A program made the translations under genes and the position numbers. A stretch of DNA of 64,000 bases from IMG/VR virus record IMGVR_UViG_3300031949_001696. The stretch is one strand, 5' to 3'. Below are positions 20,508-32,458 of the stretch, one piece after another. This stretch comes from a virus. Lineage: Duplodnaviria; Caudoviricetes. The notes under the pieces are model-generated. The model worked only from the letters and a program-made list of their open reading frames with translations. It made no database searches and was not told where the DNA came from. Positions within the stretch are counted from its first letter, which is position 1, and every line of letters starts with the position of its first letter.

Positions 20508-20801
20508 ATGAACGAGCGCGGACAGTACGGGTACTCATCGGGTGGCTACATCGGCGCAGACCGTACAGAAGCTCCGACAACAAAACCCACATCGGACAAG
20601 AACACCAAATGGGTTGTCTTGACGCTCGCAGGAACACTTGCCGTGGGCGTCCTAGCAAACGTGCTTCTCACGATCCGTAAAGTACGGAAGCAGCCGCGCT
20701 CTCCCTATTATCCGAGCGAGTTGGCTCGACGGGACGCCGAGAGAGCGGAGCGGATGGCCGAGGCGGCTCGTGAAGACAGAGCAAGTCAAAGCCCGAGGTA
20801 A
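20508..20801 (+). CDS. Small membrane protein, NxRGxYG family
   Basis: MNERGQYG...YIGA, TM helix, charged tail. Confidence 0.7.
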   Translation: MNERGQYGYSSGGYIGADRTEAPTTKPTSDKNTKWVVLTLAGTLAVGVLANVLLTIRKVRKQPRSPYYPSELARRDAERAERMAEAAREDRASQSPR

Positions 20802-20855
20802 CAGGGATCTGCTCCTGGTATTGCCGATTGAGCGAGCGCGCACTACGAACGTCGG

Positions 20856-21149
20856 ATGCGCCTTCGTCCCGCCAACCGCATGCCGCCCGTGGGATCGAAG
20901 CACGTCGTGACCTTCCATGCCGTCGCTCGCATGCTGGGATGGGCTTCAGCACGCATTCGCAGGATCGACGACGTGCTTCGCCCGACCCGAGCAGCGAACG
21001 GCGAACGGCTCTACGACGTCGATCGCGTGCTGTTTCTCGTCGAGACGATGGACAATGCGCCGGCCGTTCCAGCCCCGATCGTGATCAGCGCAGCCGAGTA
21101 CAAAGAGCTGCGCCAGCGGTGGCGGGCACAACGCTCGTCGCGCACCTAG
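20856..21149 (+). CDS. MerR-like HTH protein
   Basis: VTFHAVARMLGWASARIRRIDDVLRPTRAANGERLYD. Confidence 0.65.
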   Translation: MRLRPANRMPPVGSKHVVTFHAVARMLGWASARIRRIDDVLRPTRAANGERLYDVDRVLFLVETMDNAPAVPAPIVISAAEYKELRQRWRAQRSSRT

Positions 21150-21373
21150 CGCGGTTCTACTTCTGTCGAGTTTTGAGGAAGCGCGGTTCTACTTCCGTCG
21201 AAACTCGTGCGAATGCCGTCGATGCAGCTCGCGCGCTCCGCGAATCGCCCCACGTAATCACCGGACGTTCACCGAGCTTCTGAGGAAGCCGGCCGGGTAT
21301 TGAGGAACCGACCCCTTCTGAGGCACAGCCGCAGCCGGCAGCCGGCAGCCGAAGCAGCCAAACCGTCTGCCGT

Positions 21374-21913
21374 CTACCGGCGTCGCGCCTTCCGCGGCTG
21401 CGCTTCGTGGATCTGACCGCCAGCTGCGCGGATCTCGTCAGGGTGCGTGCCTGCTGCTCCCTTCGAGTGATCGGTCACCGTCATCGCGCCGCTCTTCCCG
21501 AAGTGTCGCGAGACCAGCTTTCGCGGAATCGTCTCGAGCTTGCCGCGGTCGTCGGCCCTTTGGGCGTCCGGCTCGTCCTTGCTCCGGTAGATGTTTCCGC
21601 GGTGGTCTTTGTACATCTGGGGCTGGATGTGCTGGAACGAGAACGTCTCGTCGCCGTATCCCTTAATGGCGCTCGTCGGATGCGTCGGATGTCCTTCGCT
21701 CGCGAAGGAGTCGCGCATCTCCGTCGCGATGCGATGGGAGGTACTCATGCCCGTCGAGCTTGTGCTGCTGGGAATGGAAGGTGCGTCTTCCGCGTGGCTC
21801 GCCGCGTGCGTGCCGCTGCCCGGACCACTGCCGAACGTTCCGTTGCGCCTCGAAAGCACCTCGTTGATCTCGCGATCGAGCTGCGCGGGGCTCTTCTTCT
21901 TGGTCGGCGACAT
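21374..21913 (-). CDS. hypothetical protein, KKxxAQLDREI family
   Basis: MSPTKKKSPAQLDREINEVL. Confidence 0.65.
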   Translation of the reverse strand: MSPTKKKSPAQLDREINEVLSRRNGTFGSGPGSGTHAASHAEDAPSIPSSTSSTGMSTSHRIATEMRDSFASEGHPTHPTSAIKGYGDETFSFQHIQPQMYKDHRGNIYRSKDEPDAQRADDRGKLETIPRKLVSRHFGKSGAMTVTDHSKGAAGTHPDEIRAAGGQIHEAQPRKARRR

Positions 21914-21941
21914 GGAACTCCTTTCCAATGGAGGCAGCGAT

Positions 21942-22475
21942 CTACTTCAAGGGACGCCCACACCGACGACAAATGCGGGCGTGACCGAGGCTGCGATAGT
22001 ACCGCTCTTCTTCGGCTGCCAAGTTCCTCTCGTAGACGTAGTCGGGCAGTCTGAACGCTAGCTGCGACTCGCGAGCGGGACTCGTATCGTTCAACGCGTC
22101 GAGGTCGATCCGGTCGAGACAGTACGGCTTGCCTTCGGGCATCGCCGCCCAAACAGCCTGCGCGATCGTCTTAGCGCCTCGTTTGCCTTGCAGATCGTAC
22201 TTGTGGTTGATGGCGTCGAATTCGGACGGAAAGACTGCGTAGTCCGCGCCGCCGTAATTCTGGACAACCTCGTAGTTGGTATCGAGAAACGCTTTGAGCG
22301 CCTTGGTCTTGGTGTCGTAGCAGACGCGATCTTCTTCGGGCGCTGCCTTCCGCCACCAGTTCGCGAGTTGGGTGCTGTGGGAAAGGTGACGGTTCGTGAG
22401 CGTAGGCGCGCGACCTGACGCGAGCGTCTCGGCGATCTCGCGGTCGAGCTGGGCCGCGGTCTTCTTCTTCGCCAT
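21942..22475 (-). CDS. hypothetical protein, KKxxAQLDREI family
   Basis: MAKKKTAAQLDREIAETL. Confidence 0.65.
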   Translation of the reverse strand: MAKKKTAAQLDREIAETLASGRAPTLTNRHLSHSTQLANWWRKAAPEEDRVCYDTKTKALKAFLDTNYEVVQNYGGADYAVFPSEFDAINHKYDLQGKRGAKTIAQAVWAAMPEGKPYCLDRIDLDALNDTSPARESQLAFRLPDYVYERNLAAEEERYYRSLGHARICRRCGRPLK

Positions 22476-22488
22476 GTCGGCGATCCTA

Positions 22489-23316
22489 TCAGCTCGACGG
22501 CGACTTCGTAGCTTGAGAGCCGATCAGCAGCTCGTGATCGAGTCGCGAGAGATCCGCGAAACGATGCAGCCCCGTCTTGTACTCATCAGGGATGCCTTCG
22601 AGCCCAAACCGCGCGCCGAGGACCGCACCCGCGATCGCACCTCGAGTGTCGGTATCGCCACCGAGCTTGATGGCCGCGATCACGCCATCTCGAAAACTAT
22701 CGTGGTGAAGCGCGCAGTAGATCGCGGTCGCGGTGATCTGCCACGCGTTACCGCGGCGGCCCGCACTTGCGTTCATGAATTCTTCTGGGCTCGCGCCCAG
22801 GGACAACGTGATGCTCGCGCGAATCAGCGCCCCTTCGACGTGTGTCTGTGGATGTTGGCTGCCGCTACGTCGCGAGAAGCTAATCAGTCTGTCGATCACG
22901 TGCGGCAGGATGGCGCGGCGTGTGACGCCATCCTGAAGTGCGAGGCTGACCGTCATCGCGACCGCGAAGCTCGCCGCGATGGCTTCTGGATCTGCGTGCG
23001 TGATGTACGCGTCCGATCTGCACGCGTTAAGAAGCGCCGCTCCGTTTTTGTAGAACGCGCCGATCGGAGCAGCCCGCATCGGTGGAGCGCTGCCGACCTT
23101 GTGAGGATCGTCGAACGCTATGCCGCTATGTTGCCAGCGCACGCCCTCGCCCAGCGCTTCCATCGCCAGCCGCGTTGTTCCGCCCATGCCGTGCGGTGTC
23201 CCCTGCGACCATGCGAGGTAGCGCCTGGCGACGTCGGCGCCGTCGAAGCCGTGACACGCGATCAGCGACGTCGCGAGGCATTCGGCCATCTCGGTGTCGT
23301 CCGTAAAATGTCCGGC
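22489..23316 (-). pseudogene. ADP-ribosylglycohydrolase (DraG/ARH family), C-terminal portion
   Basis: AGHFTDDTEM, MRAAPIG, GGDTDTRGAIAGAVLGA. It lacks the GDALG N-terminus, which is found at 47821-47970. Confidence 0.85.
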
Positions 23317-23386
23317 CAGTCCTCCTGTTTCAGTTGCTCGCGCAGCTCGCGAATCTGCGCGTCGGTGATCGTGCCGGCCGTGAGCT

Positions 23387-23779
23387 TCACGTACCGCTCC
23401 TGGCGTTGAGGATCTCGGCGCAGCGCGCGCGAACCTGCTCCTTGGCGCGCGGAATCTCGGCCTCGGTCGCGCAGCCGTAACCGATATACGTGCCGTCGGG
23501 CAGGGTGATGCCCACCGACCACACGCCTAGCTCGCCGTTGTACTCCGCGAGGATCTGCTCGTTCGTGATCAACCGCAACGCACGCGCGTTGAACAGCTCG
23601 GCGCAGTGGGCGCGAGCCTCCCGGCGATCTTCCGTGCTCCAGCCAGGCAGCGTCGCCACGGTCAGCTCGATGGCAGCGATCTCGTCCGCGTAGAACAGCT
23701 CGCGGATCTGATCGTCGGTGATCGTGGCGGCGGTGAGCTTCGCGGCATTATCTGCACGGGAAGTGATCAAGTCGCCCAT
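23387..23779 (-). CDS. KLTAxTITDxQIREL family protein
   Basis: KLTAATITDDQIREL...RARCAEILNAR. Confidence 0.65.
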   Translation of the reverse strand: MGDLITSRADNAAKLTAATITDDQIRELFYADEIAAIELTVATLPGWSTEDRREARAHCAELFNARALRLITNEQILAEYNGELGVWSVGITLPDGTYIGYGCATEAEIPRAKEQVRARCAEILNARSGT

Positions 23780-24295
23780 GGCTCTGCTCCTCGCTCGTCC
23801 CAGAGTTGCTCGAATGCCGATTCTCCGGTGTCGGGATCTTTCCCGGCCCGCGCCGCGGCAGTGCGCCAGTATGCCCGGGCGACTTCTTTGAGACGTAGTG
23901 CTTCGGAGATCTGTGCGGCGCTCACGACGTGCAGCTCGATCTGGACATCTGGCACCTGGAATAGATTGTGTTCGGACGCCTCGGCGATCACCTGGGCGTG
24001 CGCGTCCTGCATGCTCGTCGCGCGTACGAACACAGCACGCCGGAATTTGGCTGATCCGGTCGTCGTTATTGCCAGGAATGGCGCCTTGTCGTCGTTGAGG
24101 AATTTCCTCGCGTCCTTGCGCGCCTTAGATCTCGCTTTCACGGACAGCCCCCGAGCATGATGGTGGCGAGGACGAAGAGGAGCGCCACGACCGCCCACGC
24201 GGTCAACGAGCCCTCGGTAGGCGAAGAGCACTGTTGCTCGCGCTCGGCGGCGGCGTAGAACGTGATCGAGCGATCGGGGCCGTAGATGGGATCAT

Positions 24296-24877
24296 TCACG
24301 AGGGGCTCCTTTCTTCGTTGGCCTTCTTGAGCGCAAAGAACAGCTCGCCTTGCTCGATCGCGTCGTCGATCGCGACATGCGTGTGCGGACGGCTCTTCGA
24401 CACGTACTTCTTCATCGTCTGCTTGGTGACCTCGCGGTACCCGCAGCGCATGAGCGCCATCGCGTAGGTCTTGATGTCGAGCGCGGAGAACGAGAACGGA
24501 CTCTTGCCAGATCCAAGGAACCGGATCAGGTACCAATAGACGAATAGGAAGTCGAAGCCGGCCGGATATCCGACGAACACAGGCTTGCCTCCGCCACGCT
24601 CCGCCACGCTCTTGACCCAGCTTGCGAACATCGGCATCGCGACGTCGGGCGAGATCGGGCTAGCGCGACACGCCTTCCACGCCTCGGGCTGCGTCTCCCA
24701 CCACTTCATGGTGTCTGCGTCGGAGATCGCGCCGCGCAGCTCCTCAAGGTTGATCGTGTACGTGTCGATCATCTTGCCGGTACCGTCGAAGGCGGCGGCG
24801 CCCAACGACAGCATTGAGTTGATGCCCGGAATGGGCCCGTCGGTCTCGATGTCCACGCTGAAGTAGATTTCGCTCAT
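24296..24877 (-). CDS. DEDDh 3'-5' exonuclease (RNase AS-like)
   Basis: [21 protein letters not shown]. Confidence 0.85.
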   Translation of the reverse strand: MSEIYFSVDIETDGPIPGINSMLSLGAAAFDGTGKMIDTYTINLEELRGAISDADTMKWWETQPEAWKACRASPISPDVAMPMFASWVKSVAERGGGKPVFVGYPAGFDFLFVYWYLIRFLGSGKSPFSFSALDIKTYAMALMRCGYREVTKQTMKKYVSKSRPHTHVAIDDAIEQGELFFALKKANEERSPS

Positions 24878-26533
24878 GTCAAGGTTCCCGGTTCGATTCG
24901 TTTTCCGAGGATCGCGTCGAGCGCGACCATCAGGTCGTCGATATCTGCGCGCTCGATCACGATCTCGGCGCTGGGCGTATGCGTCTTCGAGATCCGGAGG
25001 TTCCCGCCGCCGGTCTCCTCGACGAGGATCGATCCGACGACGTGACGTGATCGACTAGTGATGGGGCTATTGATCGTCACGAGGTTTTCTCCGCCTGCGC
25101 GGCAGCGCGCTCCAGGTTTTGGGCGTGCAGATCGCTGCCGTGCTCGCGGAGCTTCGTTGCCGCGAGACGGTACGCAGCGGCGACGACGTCTCCGCCTCTC
25201 GCGTGGCTGCTGTCGTACTCGCGCGCGGCGGCGAGCAGGATCTTGGTGGCGTGCCAGGTGTCGTGCATGGGCGTGTCCTTGTTTCAGTAGTAGGGGTCGT
25301 ATTCGCGGACGATCGGAGGCTCGTAGCCGTCGAGGTAGATGACGGGTGCCAAGAAGCCGGCGCGCTCGCGCAGCCCGCGCTTCATGTCGACGAGGAACTC
25401 GTCGGTGATCGCGTAGCGATCTTGCGGAGCGACCTTGATCACGATTTCGAGGTCGAAGCGTCCGTGGATGCGCGCGAAGTTCGCGGTCTCCTTGTCCTTG
25501 CAGCGCGTCTCGATCTGGTTCATGAGCCAATCGAGGTGCTCCTGCGAGATGTCGTTGGTTTTCATTCGGACTTCTCCTTGATGACGATGGCTTCGACCGT
25601 CGGCGTGTCGAAGAGCGCGCGTACGGCCTTCATGGGCACTTGAATAATCAGCTCGCGCACGAGCTTGTCTTCGCGTCTCTTGAGGTACTCGGGTGGAAAG
25701 CCGCCGTTCTCGTCGACGGTGTACTCGTCGACAGCGGTGACGAGCCATGGAAGGTCGTCGCCGTCGCCCGCGTGCCAGAGGGTGTAGATCATCATCGGGG
25801 TCATGGGCGCACCGTCCCGACGACGTGGACCTCGGTTAGCTTGTCGCCACTAAAGCGCGGGCCTCCGACCTGCCAGCGCACGATGCCGCCCACGACGGAT
25901 CGCTTCGCCGCCGATACGACTTGCCCGCGGCGGGTCGTGAGATCGAAGTCGGCCGTGATCGGTTCCAGCTGGTGCTCGAACACGGCGCTCGGCATGCTCC
26001 AGCGACCGTCGGCTGCCGAGGGATTTGACGAGTGCTGCCAGCGGCAGACGCGGAGCTTGCCGGCCTTCTGCGATGGCTCCAGTACGATGACGATCTTGAA
26101 CGTCTTGCACGTCCGATCGCGGCAGATCTGGCCTGAGTCTATCACGAAGGATCCTTGGCGAGTTCGCGCTGGTCAGCTTCGCCCCGCGGGAGACGCACGA
26201 ACGTGCAGTTTTTCCAACGCCGCTCGCGCCCGTCGAAGGCGCGGATCGTGTACTCGCTTTCGCCCTCGATCGCGATCAGTTCACCGACGCAATCGATCGG
26301 CCTGCCGCGGATGTTGGTCACCTCCAGGACGAGCTGACCAGGCGCGATCTCGCGCATCCAGTCGAACAAGCGGCGAGCCGCGGGCGTAACGTTGTGTGAC
26401 GATCTCCAGAGCTGCTCGCCGGTCGCAACGAGCATGGCGGCGAGGTTTTCGACGGCTTCACGCTTCTCGTATTCGAGTCGCTGACAGCCGTCGCAATCGG
26501 GATACGGGTCGCCTGGGAGCTGTGGATCGTCAG

Positions 26534-27523
26534 TCATTTGGTTTCTCCCCGGACCTTGCCGCGACCCTTGCGGTAGCGGAATGGACGCCGGGTCCGGTTG
26601 GCCTCGATCAGGTCGTCGCGTTCGAGGTTCGTCAGCGCGACGATCACAGTCGTAGCCTTGACGGCAGTGCCGCGGTCGGCAGCGCTTTGCACGATGTCGC
26701 GCGTTGTCATCCACGGGAAGTCGCGCGGCATCCCCAGGATCTCAAGCACGAGCGCTGTCGTCGTTCCCGCGCGCGGCGGCGGGCGTAGTGGCCGATCCCA
26801 CGACGCGCGAGGGTGCTCGTGCCAGATCTTGGGTGCCGCGTCGAGTGCGGCTTTGTGTGCGAGATTAGCGGAAGCGTAACGCCGGATGTCGCCGCTCTGC
26901 GTCCGCAGGAAGCTGCCGTCGACGTAGGCCATCCAACGCGGCAGCTCGCTCTGGGGCGCTTCGTCATAAACGACGCCCACGCCCTCACACGGAGGTCGAT
27001 CTGTGTCCTCGAAGATGTTCTTGAGGTGAGGGCAGCCGCAGTACCGGTGCTCGCCCCAGATGCGCTCGCACCCGGCGTTGCACAGATCGCAGCGGATGCT
27101 CGGTGCGGACTCGGCGTCAATCTGGGAAAGCGCGGCCATGGAGGCGGCGATCGCGTCGATGACGTTGTCGCCCGTGAGCTTCCACTCGGGCCTGTGGATC
27201 ACGGTCGGATCGTAACTGCACAGATCGAGCCCCGGAGACCACTTGCGGTGGTCGTGGCCGTAGCCGTCGTGGCCTATGAGCGTTCCGAGCCCATAGCGCG
27301 CTGCGAACCGACCGAGACCGGCGATGAACCGTGGATCGCTCTCGGAGAGGCGATCTGGGGTCGCGTCCCAGAACTCGACTAGCGGCTCCGCGCTGTCGTG
27401 CACGATACCGTGATGCCAGAAGCCGTCGTTTCTGCCGTAGGTATCTCCCTCGCGCACGATCCGAACGTTGAAGGCTCGACCAACATCGTTCACGACGCGC
27501 GTGACGATAACCGGCGCGTCCAT
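26534..27523 (-). CDS. multi-module hypothetical protein with C-terminal wHTH-like segment
   Basis: N-terminus is paralogous to 28197..28568; ends MTTRDIVQSAADRG...VALTNLERDDLIE. Confidence 0.6.
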   Translation of the reverse strand: MDAPVIVTRVVNDVGRAFNVRIVREGDTYGRNDGFWHHGIVHDSAEPLVEFWDATPDRLSESDPRFIAGLGRFAARYGLGTLIGHDGYGHDHRKWSPGLDLCSYDPTVIHRPEWKLTGDNVIDAIAASMAALSQIDAESAPSIRCDLCNAGCERIWGEHRYCGCPHLKNIFEDTDRPPCEGVGVVYDEAPQSELPRWMAYVDGSFLRTQSGDIRRYASANLAHKAALDAAPKIWHEHPRASWDRPLRPPPRAGTTTALVLEILGMPRDFPWMTTRDIVQSAADRGTAVKATTVIVALTNLERDDLIEANRTRRPFRYRKGRGKVRGETK

Positions 27524-28196
27524 GTCAGTTGCTCTCTTCGCGGATCTGCGCGGCCTGCGCACTCTGCGAAAGCACGTAGACGACCGCGTATGCGAGGTAG
27601 CGGGGGTCGTTTTCCTGGCCGAGCTTCTCGTTGATCGCGGGCATGTTCGGCTCGATCACGCGCGTCAGGATCTGCGCCGTTGCGTCGAGATCACCGTGGA
27701 TTTCGTACAGCCGCGCAGCTTCGTTGATCTGCGCTTCGGTCAGAAACTGCGGCAGGGTGAAGGTCTTCACGACGACAGCCTCCTCACGGTCTCGGCGACG
27801 AGAACGAGATCGCCCGTTGGCTCACTGGGTTCGCGAGTCATTTCGGCTGCTCGACGCTTGGCCTGCGCGAAGCTGGGCCAGTCGCCGCGGTACTCGTTGT
27901 CGACGTAGAGTCCCCAGCCGGTGACTTTGGCGCGCTCCTTGAGACGGACCAGACACGCGCGACCGTCCTGTTGGTCGTAGCCGCCGGGTGCCTTGCGCCA
28001 CCACGTCGGATCGAGGGGTCGCAGCGGCTTCACGACAGCGCTCCTTCGATGCGAGAGCCGCACTCGGACCACCACTTGTCGAACGCCTTTTCGGCCTCGC
28101 GACCTACGGCGTCGTGATTGCCGAGCGAGCTTCGACCGTGCAAGTAGCCTACGACGAACAAGCGAAGCGCCTCGCGGCGGCGTTGATCTTCGGACT

Positions 28197-28568
28197 TCAC
28201 GACGCCACCTCCGCCAGCGCTGTCTCGGCGGCAGCGATCACTTCCATCACGTTGGCACCCGTCACCTTCCACTCGGACACGTGGCCGCACAGATCGAGCC
28301 CGGACGAACCCAGACGGTGACCTTGGCCGAAGTAGCCGTCCTTGCCGGTGAGCGTGCCGAGGAAGTAGCGAGAAGCGAACTGGCCGAGTCCGGGCGTGAA
28401 CCGCGGATCGTTCTCCAGGGACGCGTCCCAGAACTCGATGAGGGGCTCGTTCCGGTCATGGACGAGGACGTCGTCGAGGCCGTAGCAGTCACCCTTGCGC
28501 ACGAGGCGCACATTGAACGCATAGCCGACGCTGTTGACGACACGCGCGATGATCATCGGAGTCTTCAT
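28197..28568 (-). CDS. hypothetical protein (paralog of the 26534..27523 N-terminus)
   Basis: FNVRLVRKGD.YG...EPLIEFWDA...GLGQFASRY. Confidence 0.65.
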   Translation of the reverse strand: MKTPMIIARVVNSVGYAFNVRLVRKGDCYGLDDVLVHDRNEPLIEFWDASLENDPRFTPGLGQFASRYFLGTLTGKDGYFGQGHRLGSSGLDLCGHVSEWKVTGANVMEVIAAAETALAEVAS

Positions 28569-28782
28569 TGATTGGGCTCCCACTGCATGCCGCACGGGAC
28601 GAGTCCGGCGGCGTCGAAGTCTTCGGGGTACGGCTTGGCATCATCGAAGCTCCACTCGTCTGGTGGAACGCGTGCGACGCACAGAAGCGTGAGATCGGGG
28701 GACTTCGCCCGTTCGCCGTTGCCCTGGATGAGCTGCGTGTTGGTGTTGCCGCAGTGCGGGCACTTCGCGCGAGTCGGGTGCT

Positions 28783-29217
28783 TCATCGGTTCGCCATTTC
28801 CTCTGCGAGATGCAGCACCGCGTTGTCAGCGGCGTCCGTCGCAATCCTGACGCGTTCGGAGGTTGGATCTCCGAGAGCCTCGGCTTGACCTTCCAGGTTG
28901 TGATCGCGATCCGGGTAGCTCGGTGGTGTTGCGGACAGCACGCGTACATAGACGGCGGCCCAGACAGCATCGAGGCGCGTTTGGGGCATCTTTGCCTTCT
29001 TCACGACCGAGGTCCGCGGTAACACGACCGGTTTACTTGCAAGGGCCGCCTTGATCGCTCGGCGTTCGGCCTCTTCCGCACCGGCCTTGGATGGGGAGAG
29101 GTCGTGGTATGGCCCGGGAATTCCCGGCGTTCCGAACACGCGCCGTTTCCCGTCGGGAAAATGGAGGATGGTTCTAAAAAACCATTGTCCAGTTCGCGCG
29201 TCGCGTCTGACGGGCAT
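28783..29217 (-). CDS. Protein with integrase arm-type DNA-binding-like N-terminus
   Basis: MPVRRDARTGQWFFR...DGKRR...SKAGAEEAER; no catalytic domain. Confidence 0.45.
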   Translation of the reverse strand: MPVRRDARTGQWFFRTILHFPDGKRRVFGTPGIPGPYHDLSPSKAGAEEAERRAIKAALASKPVVLPRTSVVKKAKMPQTRLDAVWAAVYVRVLSATPPSYPDRDHNLEGQAEALGDPTSERVRIATDAADNAVLHLAEEMANR

Positions 29218-30871
29218 GTTACTGCCGTTCCTGTGCGCTCTGCGCTGGCGGCGTCTTGGTTTTCATCGCGGCACTGCCTTGTCGATGGCGTACTTCGCGA
29301 TGTTCATGAGCTGACGGATGGTGTTCGCACGGTCGGCGTTGGGCACCGACCACTCGATCACGCCCTCGTACGACGAGCGCTGGATCAGCTCCTGCGCGTT
29401 CGAGAGTGTACCCATCGCGTACATCGCGATGTCGCGCGGGTCCTTACCAGCGAGAGCTTCGTCGATCGCGACGGTGGTGCAGCCGAACATCTCGCGCTGG
29501 CGTGCTTCCTGGGCCGTGACCGGCTCGTTAGCCAGCGTTTGGACCGACTCCTGGAACTTCTTCCAGAACGTGTCGCTGAGCATCGAGGGGAGGTTGGGAG
29601 CTTCGAGCGCGTCGAGCAGCTCGTGCGCGCGCGGCGCGTCGTCGCTGCTTTCCAGGTACGTGGCGACAAGCTCGCGTAGCTCACGGAGCGCGGCGCTGCG
29701 ATCGATGACTTTCTTCACGACAGCTTTTCCTTGGAGGGGTTGCGGATGAAATCGATCGCCTTGCGCGCACACTGGTCGGCCAGCGCGCCCAACGCGTTCG
29801 AAGGCTTCAGATCGTCGCCCGTATAGAAAACGGACCTTCCCAGTCGAGATCCGACGACCGGAAGCCGACCTGCTGGAGCAACGCGACGTCGGTACGTGTC
29901 CAACAGGGGCACTGGCAGTTGTTGCAGATGCCAAGCTCGTGACCCTCGGGGCGCGCGACTTCTTCAGTGCGGTTCATCGCGGCCACGACTTGGAGGTGCT
30001 TCGGGTAGTGCTGCGCGCGTGGACTGTTCTTGAGCCCAGCGTAGTCGCACTCGACGCACAAGACCTGCGCCCATGGTGTCCACACACCATTGCGCGCCTT
30101 CGTCGGCTCTGCGGACACGTTACTTGACCTCCGTCGACGTCGACGCCGACGCCCATGGGATCGGGTGCTTCGCGTAGCCGACGAGCACGTCCTCGGTCGC
30201 CTGGATGTAGCCACGCCAGTGTGCGATCACGCGATCGGCCGAGCTGAGCTTGGCGTCGAGGCTGTGCTCGCCGAAGCGCCCACCCTTGAACACGACGCGA
30301 TCGCTTTCCAGCACCGCGTAGAGCCGAACAGTGCGCTTGCCGATCTGCATCCAGCTCCACATGAGGCCGCGGTCATCGACCGTGACCAGGGTGTCGAGAC
30401 CGTCGATGCCGATGTTGCGGAGGCTGATGCGGGGATCCGTGAAGCTCATGGCATTTGTTCAGAGCAGCTCGCGTGCCGGCCGCGCGTTCGTATAAAGGTG
30501 CGACGGGAAACTCTGGGTAGCTCCATACCCGTCTCTGGCCGACAGCTGTCGCACTGAGCTCGTGGCGCTCGAGACACGGGTAGCAGATCACCCAGGGCGC
30601 AGGTCATTCTTCATCGAGTCCTTCGAACGGTTCCGTTCGCAGCACGCAGCCGTTGGGATGTTTCGCAAAGAATGCTCCAAAGGCCAGCCACCATGCAGGT
30701 GGCACCTCATGTTCGTTGGGATACTTCGCAGGATGTGCCAGCGACCACCATTCGGGCACGGGATCTCGCGGCTCGTAGCGCGCGTAGACGCTTGTGACGG
30801 CCTCGAACATTTCACGGCTGGTCTTCCACTTTAGTTCGTGTTGCAAAGCCATGTTCTATCGTCCAGCCTTT

Positions 30872-31546
30872 CTAGTCCTCGACCCATCGCCGGAGCAGGT
30901 TGGTGTGCGTCTTGGACAACAGATCGACCTCCGGCGTCTTGCCGAGCTGCTTGGCCAGTCGGTGATGAGCGGTTCGGAGGTCGAAGATGATCTCGCGCTT
31001 CGCGGCGTCGCGCACGAGGCTGCGGATCCACGTCACCGCGGCCAGGCGCGTTCCCCTCGTGATTTCTTCGACTCGGTGGAGCGCGGTCGCTGGATAGAGG
31101 ACCGCGCTGCCGGGCGGCAGCTTGATCGAGCGCTCGCCGGTCGGGAAGTCGATCACGAGCTGCCCGCCGTCGTAGTCGGCCGGATCGGACAGGAACAGGG
31201 TGAGCGCGAGGTCGACGCGCATGTCGCCCATGAGCGCGTTGTCCATGTGCGTGCCGTAGCTCATGCCGAGCGTGTAGCGGGAGAACAGCGGCGGATGGAT
31301 CTCTTTAGGCTGCGCCGCGGCCATGAAGAGGCCGTGGTCCCAGAGCAGGTCTTCGAGGAAGTCCTGCATCTTCTCGAGCTGCGGATCGCAGTTGTCTGGA
31401 TCGTCGCTGACCTGCTCGTTACGTTTGACCTTGGCGGCGTTTCCACCCGCGGTGGCGCGGCCGTCCTCGAAGGTGGCCTCGGCCAGCCAGCCGCGAAGGC
31501 GGGCGACGGTGGCTTCGTCGATCAGGTTCTCGATGAGGGTCAGCAT
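30872..31546 (-). CDS. PKHD-type Fe(II)/2-oxoglutarate dioxygenase (YbiX/PiuC-like)
   Basis: FEDGRATAG, YGTHMDN (HxD), TLFLSDPADYDGGQL, LHRV, RLAAVTW. Confidence 0.9.
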   Translation of the reverse strand: MLTLIENLIDEATVARLRGWLAEATFEDGRATAGGNAAKVKRNEQVSDDPDNCDPQLEKMQDFLEDLLWDHGLFMAAAQPKEIHPPLFSRYTLGMSYGTHMDNALMGDMRVDLALTLFLSDPADYDGGQLVIDFPTGERSIKLPPGSAVLYPATALHRVEEITRGTRLAAVTWIRSLVRDAAKREIIFDLRTAHHRLAKQLGKTPEVDLLSKTHTNLLRRWVED

Positions 31547-32458
31547 GGGACCTTTCGTCAGGCGACGGCGCCCTTGATAGCGATCACGAGCGAGCACAGG
31601 TGATCCGCTGGGATGTTTTTCGTTACGAGCGCCGGGACTGCCGCTTGGCAGGAACGGATCGTGCTGGATCGATCGTTGCCCAGAGCCGTCGGTGAGAGTC
31701 GGACCTGGATCGTGGCGGTTCGCACGCTGGCCGCTCCGCGGACCATCCGCCGAAGCGCCCCGCCTGGCTTCTTGATCTCGATCTTGGTCAGCAGGCCCTG
31801 GTCCTTCGACACGTGCTCGGTGATGAGGGCTTCGAGCGCCTGCTGGATGCGATCGATGGTGGTGTCTCGATCGTACGCGTCCGTCGCGCCTGGCGTGCCG
31901 CCGCTCTTGCTGGAGATGATCGAGACGCTTAGTAATAAGTTCACGGCAGGATCTCCTAGTGCCCTGGTGCGAAGGGTCTGCGATCACCGACGCGCAGCTG
32001 CTCGTCGATCTCGTGCTTGTAGATCTCGCGCACGATGTGCCGCACGAAGTCCGCGGCGTTCTCGGCGTGGAAGGCCGGCAGCCTGTAGCGCGCAGTGAGG
32101 GGTACGGGGAAGCCTTCTGCGATCCTGATCGGGATCTTGTTCGGCTCTGCGGGGGTCTGTGTCTCGGGAGCGGGCGAAACGTAGGGAACGATCACTTCGA
32201 CAATGACGTGGTCGCCGTCCGGGCGAAACGTGACTGGTAGCGCGCCGCCAACGCGCACCGTGGGAAGGAAGGCTGCCCAGTGCGCGAGGTCGGCGGCAGT
32301 GAGCTTGGGATCTGCGTCGCGATCACGCGGTTCCGCGAGAGTCACGACTTCCGCATCTGGGGAGTTCACGAAGGCGTCTCCGACTCGCACATCTTGTAGA
32401 CGCGGCCCCATGCCGCTGTCCGCTGTCAGCGCGCGCGCACGGGTACCATTCCAGGTCA

